Source: an uncultured virus (IMG/VR IMGVR_UViG_3300013741_000003) (taxonomy: Duplodnaviria; Heunggongvirae; Uroviricota; Caudoviricetes). From it: a DNA stretch of 64,000 nucleotides. The DNA is taken from the IMG/VR virus record IMGVR_UViG_3300013741_000003; one strand, written 5' to 3'. The number at the start of each line of letters is the position of its first letter. Positions within the stretch are counted from its first letter, which is position 1. Below are positions 10,336-18,855 of this stretch, in pieces. The position numbers and the translations under genes were made by a program. The notes beneath the pieces were generated by a model that was not told where the DNA came from, did no database searches, and saw nothing but the letters and a program-made list of their open reading frames with translations.

Positions 10336-12669
10336 ATGAATAACATTATCAATCAAGAATCTTGGCTTCCAGCTTTCAAAGAAGAAAAAGACCATATCTA
10401 CATTCTTTTGACAAGCCTTAATCTTGGTGGCGCAGAGAAAATCGTATCTGACCAATTGTGGGCTAACTTTTATCAGAAAGCACCACATAAAGTCACACTT
10501 TTTGTTATCTATGATAAAAATCAAGAACATTCCATTCCTCCAAATGTGAATATTGTTCGCCTGAACAATAAAATTGAGAATGGTGAAATGTTATTAAAAC
10601 AGGTTGCTTTTGATGGCAAGCCTCTTGTTTGCCATTTAATCAATGATAAGATTTCTCATTATCTTTTTAGCTTAGGTCTAAACCTTCATATTGTTATTCA
10701 TAATGATAAAAAAGGCTGGAGTAATACAGAAGAAGTATTTAATCATCCTCAAGTTATTTCTTTGATTTCCGTTTGCAAATATGTAACAAAACAACTCAAA
10801 GAAGTAACTGATAAAACAATCTTCACTGTTCGTCATCAGATTAGTTATAAGCATTTTCAATTTAACCCTAAAACTCGTGATACTTATCGCCATCATTTTA
10901 AGTTTAAAAATGACGATATTATTATTGGTATGACAGGGCGCATTTGTTTACAAAAAAACTACTTCTTAGCTCTGGATGTTATTGCTCACTTATCAAGAAA
11001 AGATCCACGTTATAAACTGGTTATTCTTGGTGGATTTGAACAATCCAACATGCCTGTTTACTTTGATATCCTTAAAAAAGCAAACACTCTTAATGTTCAA
11101 AAAAATATTACATTACCGGGGTTCAAAGATAATGCTGTTGAATGGTTAAATATGTTTGATATTGGCCTTAATGTTAGCCATTTTGAAGGTCTATCTATGG
11201 CAACACAAGAGTTTATTATGAACGGATTACAAATGGTGGTATCAAATGTTTCTGGTCAGTCAGAAATTTTTGATAATAATAAACAACTTCACTTTTTTGA
11301 TATTCCAGAAGCTTTAAATAACATTGATACCAAAAATCTTAGTATTGATTTAACTTCTGATGATGTTGATTATGATAAATCTCAAGAACTTTACGAGTAT
11401 AAAAAACTTGTAGAGCATATTGCTACGCTTATTGAAGAAAATCATTCTAAACGTGTCACAATGAATGATGAAAATAAAAACCTTATCAATCACATTACAT
11501 ATGGTAGTCATAATGTTTGGTCTTTGTTTAACTTTATTCCAAATAAACCGAAAAATAAAGAAATCAAGCCCGCTTTTTTGACATCGAATTTAAACTTAGG
11601 TGGTGCTCAACGCTCTTTAGTTAACCTTCTTTCAGAAATGAAGGATAATGATATCCATATCCCATTAATCCTACTTAATCAGTCTAACTATACTGGTTTT
11701 TACAAGCAGATTATTGATAAAAAAATTGAGCATTATTTGTGTCATTCTCATATCGATGTTTTTACTATTGGCTCAAACCTTCTTAAATACATCTTTGAAA
11801 ATGAAATCAATCGTATTATTATTTGGAATGTCGATTCTAAAGTTAAACTCCTGTTAAGCAAACTGGCTGGACATTATGTAGATATTATCGATGTTAGTCC
11901 CGGTGATTATTGTTTTAATGAAATGGATAATCAAATTGCTTTCCAAGAAGCTATTTACTTCAATAAAGAAACGTATTTTGAAAACATTAAGACTTTTGTT
12001 TCTAAATTTGATAACTCTCATTTAGACCAAGATTATAAAAAACATCTTAAACAAGATACTGTTATTATTCCTAATGGTGTTCCTGTTATGCCTGAATATG
12101 TAAAAACACTCTCCGGTGTTGATGGCATATTTAAATTCTTAGTATGTGGACGTATTACTGAAAGCAAACATATTGAGACTATCCTACAAGCTTTTAGAAA
12201 GCTGTATGAGGTAAATAAAAATGTTTGTATTGATTTTTATGGTAGTGTTGAACCCTATAATATTTCTTATTACGAAAAGCTATGCTCTGATTATTCAGAT
12301 TTGATTAAAAATGAAGTTGTTAAATTTAAGGGGAATATTGATGATCCTCGCAGCATCATGAAAGATTACCACTCTATTATTATTTTAGGAACTCATCAAG
12401 GTTCTCCTAATATGGTTTTAGAAAGTGCTTCTTGTAAACTGCCATGTATTACAAATGACAGTGGTGGCACCAAAGAAGTAATCAATAATGAGACAGGTAT
12501 TCTGCTTCCTGAAAAGCCTGATGCGATGTTATTACATGAAGCCATGTCTTTTACTGTTTATAACTACAAAACAGTCTCAGAAAGAGCAGAGAGCGCATAT
12601 AAGCATATTATGGAAAACTTCTCTATGAAACTTATGCTTGAGCGTTATCTTAAAGTTATTTATTCTTAA
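10336..12669 (+). CDS. tandem GT-B (GT4-like) glycosyltransferase with two fused modules
   Basis: LNLGGAEK and LNLGGAQR N-terminal motifs; GRI...K twice; EGLSMATQE and QGSPNMVLE C-terminal motifs. Confidence 0.85.
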   Translation: MNNIINQESWLPAFKEEKDHIYILLTSLNLGGAEKIVSDQLWANFYQKAPHKVTLFVIYDKNQEHSIPPNVNIVRLNNKIENGEMLLKQVAFDGKPLVCHLINDKISHYLFSLGLNLHIVIHNDKKGWSNTEEVFNHPQVISLISVCKYVTKQLKEVTDKTIFTVRHQISYKHFQFNPKTRDTYRHHFKFKNDDIIIGMTGRICLQKNYFLALDVIAHLSRKDPRYKLVILGGFEQSNMPVYFDILKKANTLNVQKNITLPGFKDNAVEWLNMFDIGLNVSHFEGLSMATQEFIMNGLQMVVSNVSGQSEIFDNNKQLHFFDIPEALNNIDTKNLSIDLTSDDVDYDKSQELYEYKKLVEHIATLIEENHSKRVTMNDENKNLINHITYGSHNVWSLFNFIPNKPKNKEIKPAFLTSNLNLGGAQRSLVNLLSEMKDNDIHIPLILLNQSNYTGFYKQIIDKKIEHYLCHSHIDVFTIGSNLLKYIFENEINRIIIWNVDSKVKLLLSKLAGHYVDIIDVSPGDYCFNEMDNQIAFQEAIYFNKETYFENIKTFVSKFDNSHLDQDYKKHLKQDTVIIPNGVPVMPEYVKTLSGVDGIFKFLVCGRITESKHIETILQAFRKLYEVNKNVCIDFYGSVEPYNISYYEKLCSDYSDLIKNEVVKFKGNIDDPRSIMKDYHSIIILGTHQGSPNMVLESASCKLPCITNDSGGTKEVINNETGILLPEKPDAMLLHEAMSFTVYNYKTVSERAESAYKHIMENFSMKLMLERYLKVIYS

Positions 12670-12680
12670 TGTTATTTTCA

Positions 12681-12704
12681 AAGCCTGCTGAAGCAGGCTT
12701 TTTT
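12681..12704. terminator. intrinsic terminator
   Basis: AAGCCTGC-TGAA-GCAGGCTT plus T run. Confidence 0.8.
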
Positions 12705-12824
12705 ATTGCAACTCTTTCAGGCATTTTCCCATCCATTATCACAAAATAAAATATTGTTTTTTCTATTTTTGATTTAACTAAAACTTTTATTATAAAATGA
12801 TGAATTAAAATACAAGAGGTTATT

Positions 12825-13403
12825 ATGAATACAATATCATTAGAGCTGGCGCGTAAAAAATCTAAGTGGACTGAAGAAGATTTTATTAGAGAAATACTAT
12901 TAGATGCTGGATGCTCTTATCTTAACTGGAATTTGCTTGATCCAAATAAGCCTTTAACTGATTTAGGTAGCACCATTCTTCACTTACTTACTTTAAATCC
13001 ATATAATTATGACTTGTCTATATCAAATGATTTAATAGCTTATGTTTTAACGCATAAAAACATTAATGTTAATGTTCAAGACAAATATGGAAGAACTGCA
13101 TTAACTAATTTTATTTATTGTCCCGGTGTATGGCAAAGTCATTTAGAGTATGGAATATCAGGTCTGAAACTTTTATTGGAAAAAGGCTCTGATCCTAATA
13201 TTTTATTTACACCTCAGTTTGTTCATTTAGCTCGTTGTGAAAAATGGCCTTTAATACATCATTGCTATAATGCCCATAACTTATTCTCAGTCTATCCGTT
13301 GCCAGAAGAAATGATAAATATATTAGAACAATATTGGGACAAAGATATTTTGGATAGTGAGGTAAGAAAATATAATGAGGTTAAAGATAGGCATAACATA
13401 TAA
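12825..13403 (+). CDS. ankyrin-repeat protein
   Basis: GSTILHLL, NVNVQDKYGRTAL, LKLLLEKGSDPN. Confidence 0.75.
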   Translation: MNTISLELARKKSKWTEEDFIREILLDAGCSYLNWNLLDPNKPLTDLGSTILHLLTLNPYNYDLSISNDLIAYVLTHKNINVNVQDKYGRTALTNFIYCPGVWQSHLEYGISGLKLLLEKGSDPNILFTPQFVHLARCEKWPLIHHCYNAHNLFSVYPLPEEMINILEQYWDKDILDSEVRKYNEVKDRHNI

Positions 13404-13435
13404 CAAAAAAGGGAGCGTAGCTCCCTTTTCTTTTT

Positions 13436-14800
13436 TTAGTTTGAATATGGATCAGCACTTGCCCAAGAACTATTATCTGTTGCTGATGTTTGAACTGGAC
13501 TTTCGTATACAGGCTCATGGCTAGGGCTTACTGTCTGGTTGAATACATTATTATCTTCAACAACGCTTGCTTGATGATTAATAACTTCTTTTTCCACCTC
13601 TACAGGAGCTACAAAATTTTCTTGCTCTACTTCCTTATCAGGAACATATAGATAACCTGAAAGATCATTTGCTTTTCCTACATTAGAACAAAAATCAAAA
13701 GAGCTATCCAATGTAAATCCTGCTCCAAGAGCGGAGCCTACCTGATTTGTATGCCAGTTACCAATAAAGTTATCACCATCTTGAACCATTTCAAGGCTTG
13801 TAGAACTACCATTTTCAGACACAAATGAAACATTCAGTTTACCTAATTCATCAGGAACAATAATGTTTTTCTCACCTGTTTGTGTTCTTAACTCACATGA
13901 ATTAGTTGCTGTATCAAACTTCAATACACCGATTTCATTAGTTTTATCTACGTCATCAAAAAGTTTGACAGTGTAACCCTCTGGATTATGACGTACTTCA
14001 CTCGAAGCTACATTTTCAAAACCAGAAATATTATGGATATTATCATCAATGATACGTTGATTAATATTATCACCTAAATCATTAAAGTATAAGAACCACG
14101 CAAGAGTAGAATGTGGTCTAAACATTAATGCCAACTCTGGATTATAAAAAGCTAGTAGGTCATTTAGTGGATCAGTGTCAAAATTATTCCTCTGACTAAC
14201 TACATTTTTTTGAGAAACTTTAGTAATAATCTTCTGTTTTTGCTGTTCTTTTTCTTTCAGAACTTTAACTTTGTTTGAAAGATTTACTTCTTCTTGTTGC
14301 ATTTTGAAGTAAAAATCTTGTACATTTTTTACCTGATAATCAGAAACATCTTCCAAGAAGAACATAAACGATGAATGTTTAACTTCAACTTTAAAAGATT
14401 TACCACTTTGAGAAAGAATAGATACTAATGTTTTAAAATCTTTATCTTTAATAATGAAAGCTGTTTCATCATTTACCAATACTTGATCACAAGCAATAAC
14501 AATAGTATTAGCTACAATAAAGCTATTATTGATACCGTTTTCTGTAAAATCATTAAACGCATTCTTATATTGTGTTTTATCTTTTTCGATATCTTTAAAG
14601 GTTTCTTTAAGTAAGTCTCTATTAAGATTAAAAGACATTACCTTAGCCATACAGCTATATTCTAAAGAACTCTTGCTTAGTTTTAATGGGATTGCCACAG
14701 GAATTTTTGAAAGCAATGTTTTTCCTTGCTCATCAATAACACTTAACTTACCTGCTTTATTCACTTTACCATTATGTTTAATTACTACGGTTAGAGTCAT
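13436..14800 (-). CDS. hypothetical protein
   Basis: 454-aa ORF with low-complexity C-terminus. Confidence 0.75.
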   Translation of the reverse strand: MTLTVVIKHNGKVNKAGKLSVIDEQGKTLLSKIPVAIPLKLSKSSLEYSCMAKVMSFNLNRDLLKETFKDIEKDKTQYKNAFNDFTENGINNSFIVANTIVIACDQVLVNDETAFIIKDKDFKTLVSILSQSGKSFKVEVKHSSFMFFLEDVSDYQVKNVQDFYFKMQQEEVNLSNKVKVLKEKEQQKQKIITKVSQKNVVSQRNNFDTDPLNDLLAFYNPELALMFRPHSTLAWFLYFNDLGDNINQRIIDDNIHNISGFENVASSEVRHNPEGYTVKLFDDVDKTNEIGVLKFDTATNSCELRTQTGEKNIIVPDELGKLNVSFVSENGSSTSLEMVQDGDNFIGNWHTNQVGSALGAGFTLDSSFDFCSNVGKANDLSGYLYVPDKEVEQENFVAPVEVEKEVINHQASVVEDNNVFNQTVSPSHEPVYESPVQTSATDNSSWASADPYSN

Positions 14801-14887
14801 TATTTTTACCTTTTTAGATTAATGTTGAGCTATTATACATATTGTTGTTATCTCTTGCAATCTATTTATTTACGTAAAAAAGAGAGC

Positions 14888-15127
14888 CTAAGCTCTCTCT
14901 GTTTTAATATTTCCACATTTATTTATTTGCTCAATTATTCTTTCTTGAGTTAATGGATTGCTTAGATCAAGCTTAACAATACCATCTTTATTAATTGTAT
15001 AAGTCCCTTGATTTTCTTTTAAAGCTTTAAACAGTCGTTGTTCATTATAACTTCTTGGGGAATCTTTTTTTGATAAAAACTTTTTTATTCGATGTAGAGT
15101 GATTTTCTTCATTTTAAAACCTCTCAT
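14888..15127 (-). CDS. small hypothetical protein ending in TAG
   Basis: ORF directly downstream of the RNA island; start likely MKKITL. Confidence 0.55.
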   Translation of the reverse strand: MRGFKMKKITLHRIKKFLSKKDSPRSYNEQRLFKALKENQGTYTINKDGIVKLDLSNPLTQERIIEQINKCGNIKTERA

Positions 15128-15136
15128 AGTTTGAGG

Positions 15137-15237
15137 TGGTGGTTGCCGCAGGATTTGAACCTGCCCTTAACAGCCTACACAATAGGGTATTGCTACCTGT
15201 TTTATCGCCTGTCATAGTGTCCAGCTATCCAACAACC
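15137..15237 (-). ncRNA. anticodon-less tRNA-like RNA with encoded CCA
   Basis: GGTTGTT/GGCAACC-A-CCA acceptor; GCAGG-TTCAAAT-CCTGC T-arm; ATAG/CTAT D-like arm; extended arm capped by GGTA-GCAA-TACC. Confidence 0.75.
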
Positions 15238-15346
15238 AATGGTCCGGGTTATAGTCATCCCCGGTTTCGCTTGTTCCAGACTAATGCCCCATGTTGGCAG
15301 GAGCTACACAAACATTTTTAAACATTTTAAAAAATCCTATTAGTTT

Positions 15347-15461
15347 ATAAAATTTTACGATTCGTCGTAGAGTGTGCTTTTCTTTGTAATCTTTTGTTCG
15401 CTTTTGTGATTACCAAATACTTGCCTCAGTCATTTACGATAGCGCGTTAACGCCAACTTAT
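15347..15461 (-). ncRNA. unknown structured RNA, copy 1
   Basis: homologous to 15500-15630 with compensatory stem changes. Confidence 0.65.
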
Positions 15462-15499
15462 TTTTATCTAACTATTAATTTATTTAAATATTCAAATTA

Positions 15500-15630
15500 G
15501 AGGAAGCTTCACGATTCGTCGCAAAATCCGTCAGGGCCAGTCCCTTTTCTCAGTCATTTTTTGTTCGCTTTATAATGACCTGATACTAAATAAACAAGAT
15601 TTTTTACACGATGGTATAACCAACTTCCTC
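15500..15630 (-). ncRNA. unknown structured RNA, copy 2
   Basis: GAGGAAG/CTTCCTC closing stem; GTCATT-[ATAAAGCGAACAAAA]-AATGAC hairpin; CGA-CGAA-TCG hairpin. Confidence 0.65.
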
Positions 15631-15648
15631 TTTTCTACTTCATTTTTA

Positions 15649-16236
15649 CCTTAAAGTCGTAGATGTTCCTTTAAGATATTTCAAGTTACAAGTGGTAGGG
15701 GCTAATTCTCCTACTTAACTGCCGTTTATGGAGACGCTTACGAGTTGCAAATTCGTTTTGCGGATAACAATATCAACAGCATCATGTCTGCTCAACCATA
15801 CCGTATTAGCTTACGGATTCACTTGGCTCTGAGAGCTTATATCACATATACCAGAAATAGTTACATATAATAAAGCTAACAGAAATCGGGAACAAGGAAC
15901 CACCCTATACTTCCCTAATAAATTTTTCAACCACGGCTTGAAGTGGGCCTTTATCTTGTGGCTATAGCTTATAGCATCTGGTGGTTAGCCATAGCTACGT
16001 TCTTCTCTTAGTTTTAAGCATTTGGAGATTGCTCGACGGCACTCGAATAAACACTCTAAACTAACTGTAACCATCTGACTAAGTTAACGGTGAAGGTTGT
16101 CACCTACTGGTTCAAGCTGCCAGTCAACATTCGCATTCCTTCTCGTCTTCAGCGAACTTATACCCGTCTGTCTTTTTGGAACTCAAACCAGACAGAAAAA
16201 TGAAGATATAACAGCATCAGTCTCACCTGTTATTCT
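15649..16236 (-). ncRNA. large ornate ncRNA candidate (~590 nt; ROOL-like in size and context, family unverified)
   Basis: no credible ORF, many hairpins, two 7-bp loop-loop complementarities, directly 3' of tRNA-Leu. Confidence 0.55.
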
Positions 16237-16244
16237 TTTGAGTT

Positions 16245-16329
16245 TGGTACTCCGGGTCGGACTCGAACCGACAAACCTTGCGGCGTTAGGACCTAAACCT
16301 AATGCGGTTACCAATTTCGCCACCGGAGC
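16245..16329 (-). tRNA. tRNA-Leu(TAG)
   Basis: full cloverleaf, TTAGG-TT-TAG-GT-CCTAA, long variable arm, ACCA end. Confidence 0.95.
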
Positions 16330-16384
16330 ATTGCGGAAAACACTGCCTATCTCTGATAGGGATGTATATTAGTCTTTTCCTATG

Positions 16385-16448
16385 ATTAGTTTATGTAGGG
16401 ACTTGAACCCCAGCGCTACTTAAAGCACTCCGTCACGCCCTAACCAAT
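16385..16448 (-). ncRNA. minimal or degenerate tRNA-like element
   Basis: TGGGG-TTCAAGT-CCCTA T-arm within ATTGGTT/AACTAAT stem; begins at predicted transcription start. Confidence 0.4.
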
Positions 16449-16454
16449 GAAAAC

Positions 16455-16483
16455 ATTATAGCTAAAACTTTTATGAAAAACAA
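16455..16483 (-). promoter_or_regulatory. sigma70-like promoter for the left half of the RNA island
   Basis: TTGTTT-N17-TATAAT. Confidence 0.65.
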
Positions 16484-16559
16484 CTCTTTTTTCTTTCTTT
16501 TTTTAATTATTATCATGAATTTAGGTGTTACAATACTTGTTATAGCTGGATATTTTTAT

Positions 16560-16889
16560 TTAATATATTTCTAATGGTTTTATTACTCTTGGATACATCA
16601 AAACAGTTATATTTTTCTCTATCGTTTTATTTATAAAATCTCTAACATCTTTATTTGATAGACTTAAAAGATGGACATAATTATCATACTTTTCTATTTT
16701 ATCGTCTTTTAATGTTATTATTTTCATATCATGATATGTATCTACATTATATCCAGTGATCATAAAATAAAACGTATCCTCTTTCTCATTAAAAAATGAA
16801 AAAGTAATAATTTCGCCATTCTTTTTATTTAATTCTTTTTTTACAATCTCTTTTTTACTTTCAAGCTCTAAAATATTTAAAATAGTCAT
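16560..16889 (-). CDS. hypothetical protein inside the RNA island
   Basis: 109-aa AT-rich ORF with AGGAG SD. Confidence 0.6.
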   Translation of the reverse strand: MTILNILELESKKEIVKKELNKKNGEIITFSFFNEKEDTFYFMITGYNVDTYHDMKIITLKDDKIEKYDNYVHLLSLSNKDVRDFINKTIEKNITVLMYPRVIKPLEIY

Positions 16890-16993
16890 ACACTCACTCT
16901 CCTTTTTTAGAATAAAACACTATTCTTATTAAAAAGTAAAATCTATTTTAATTTATAATGAAGGGAATTTTAAGTGAAATAAAGGGTAGAGGT

Positions 16994-17086
16994 GATTGTA
17001 AAAGCGTTGGATTCGAACCATTAATGCCTGATCAAGGGCAACACTCCCGTAGGTCTGGACCATCTTAACTTACAACTTTTACAATC
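16994..17086 (-). ncRNA. tRNA-like RNA with 11-bp terminal stem
   Basis: GATTGTAAAAG/CTTTTACAATC perfect stem, TGG-TTCGAAT-CCA T-loop, followed by ACCT. Confidence 0.55.
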
Positions 17087-17161
17087 TTTTTAGTGGGAGC
17101 TTCTGATCAGAAGCAGCTACGGGCATCCCACAAAACAACTGATTAACGTCTATGTATTTGT

Positions 17162-17193
17162 AAAATAAAACTCCTTTCCAATTAGAAAAGGAG
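17162..17193 (-). terminator. intrinsic terminator of large ncRNA
   Basis: CTCCTTT..AAAGGAG hairpin then TTTTATTTT. Confidence 0.7.
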
Positions 17194-17945
17194 CCGATAT
17201 TGCCTTCTACACCGGTTTGAAGACAACCTGCCTTTTCCTACTTCGCAATCCAGCCCTAATAGGCTAACAGGCTGGCGCTAAGCCTTCAGTCCGGCTAAGA
17301 CATCCTCTTTTCTTGTTATTCCATAGCGAGTAACCTTTCTATGGCAAGAGTGTCGATTTAAAGAAGCAAGACACTATACCTCCTTTTGAAAAGATGGGGA
17401 GTCTCACCCCAACTTTGTTATTGATTACGTCAAGCGCTATAGCAATCAACCTGCATTCAGATAATATTCGCTTATAACCTTTTATGCTACAGTTATAAGC
17501 TATACTCATTAATTTACACTTATAGTGAGTACCCTATAAGCGAGTGCTAGTTTAAAGAACAGCACTAATTCTTGAATAACTCCCGTCGAAACGACAGTAT
17601 CCCTATCATTTGCCCATAATGAATGATTATCTTTAAACAAGAATCCTTTTGGATCGAGCAAAGCGTACACATTCGGGCTATCAAGTTGGACGGCTGAGAA
17701 ACTTCACTTTGGAAAAGCTATCCCGCAGATATTTCTAACGCAAGGACCACAACTTAAATTTTGTGGCGTTCGAGGAAGTTTGAGGCTTTAAATATCTCAA
17801 ACACTCAGCGATTTCTCTCGTTTTTATAAAAATGCCCCTGATCGCAACATCAGGTATTTTTGATTAGTAAATCCAATTACTTTGGAAGAAATCTGATTTA
17901 CCTACATGCCAGATTCTAAAACTGGCCCCATCTAGACATTAGCTT
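17194..17945 (-). ncRNA. large ornate ncRNA candidate (~750 nt; GOLLD-like in size and context, family unverified)
   Basis: ORF-free and hairpin-dense, GTGAGA-loop hairpin, two TTTAAA-core long-range pairings; 5' boundary approximate. Confidence 0.55.
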
Positions 17946-18082
17946 TAAGTTTCCCGTTCCCGTCTATTTTATTTAGAAACGTAACTTTTTGTTTGCTGTT
18001 CCACCAGCTACCAGAACATTTAACTGGCAATTAGGTTGGAGTCATCGCTCCTTAGTCAGAAACTGAACACGCGAACGCATTC

Positions 18083-18175
18083 TTGTATCAGCATCAGGAT
18101 TTGAACCTGACTGGTGTAAGGTTTACGCTCCTGATTACTCGGAGAACGCCTCACTGGTTCCAACAACTGCTGATA
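18083..18175 (-). ncRNA. anticodon-less tRNA-like RNA
   Basis: ATCAGCA/TGCTGAT-A-CAA acceptor; TCAGG-TTCAAAT-CCTGA T-arm; extended GTGAGG/CCTTAC + CTCC/GGAG arm. Confidence 0.65.
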
Positions 18176-18189
18176 TTTTTTAATTTAAA

Positions 18190-18399
18190 ACTATTCAAGC
18201 TTTGTTAACATATAGGTAGTTTAGTCATCGTATCACGCAATAATACTTATAATCTTCTCAGCAGAGGCGAATCCGCGTCAATGAAGGGCTACCAGTTAAC
18301 TCTATCTCACGTATTTCGACAGAACATGCTGCTCTGCTAATCGCTTGACTCTAATCAGTTTACGAGACTGATGTTAAAACGAGGGTGCTCTTGAATAGC
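18190..18399 (-). ncRNA. unknown ~210-nt structured RNA
   Basis: GCTATTCAAG/CTTGAATAGT closing stem; nested TTAACAT/ATGTTAA, AGCAGAG/CTCTGCT and ATCAGT/ACTGAT helices. Confidence 0.55.
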
Positions 18400-18447
18400 T
18401 TTTTAATACCTTACTTCTTTTTGATAATAGTATTAGCTACTAATATC

Positions 18448-18593
18448 TGGTGTCGTTTCAGGAATCGAACCTGAGACTTGAAGAACTACTATCCGCGCTA
18501 TAACACTCAGCCAACTCTCCTTTCGGGACAGTGCAGGAATTAAACCTACGTTTTCGGACTACGCCTTCTGTTTTACCACTAAACTAATACGAC
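18448..18593 (-). ncRNA. double-tRNA: tRNA body whose anticodon loop is replaced by a circularly permuted second tRNA body
   Basis: outer D, anticodon stem, T and ACCA intact; the insert has T-arm, loop-closed acceptor and D-arm in permuted order. Confidence 0.8.
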
Positions 18594-18797
18594 ATTGTTT
18601 TGAGAGCTTATGATTATTCCTCTCTCGCCTTTAAACAAAACACCCACGAAACGCAGTATGCCTTATCCTAATCACTCGCCCTACGGCATCGCAGAGCGGT
18701 CAGGTTTTCTATTTTATTAAAGGAGGCTTCAAAGTTCTGCTCTTTACAGACAATGTAGTGGAATTTCATTACTACTCATTGCCGCCTCAAGAACTAC

Positions 18798-18826
18798 ATC
18801 TTACCAAAACCCAAACTCATAATCAA
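18798..18826 (-). promoter_or_regulatory. internal promoter of the RNA island
   Basis: TTGATT-N17-TAAGAT with extended TG; GTAGTTCTTGA immediately downstream, also seen after the TG-n-TATATT at ~19102. Confidence 0.55.
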
Positions 18827-18855
18827 CTACTTTTTTACTATTTTCTTATTTTTTA

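Noticed and set aside
15136..15321. 61-aa plus-strand ORF
   Set aside because: Antisense shadow of a tRNA-like RNA; AGFEPA is the translated T-arm.
16097..16372. 91-aa plus-strand ORF
   Set aside because: Antisense to tRNA-Leu(TAG) and the large ncRNA.
18448..18593. Group I/II or bulge-helix-bulge intron in a tRNA
   Set aside because: Insert of about 80 nt is too short for a self-splicing intron, shows no BHB motif, and is fully explained as a permuted tRNA body.
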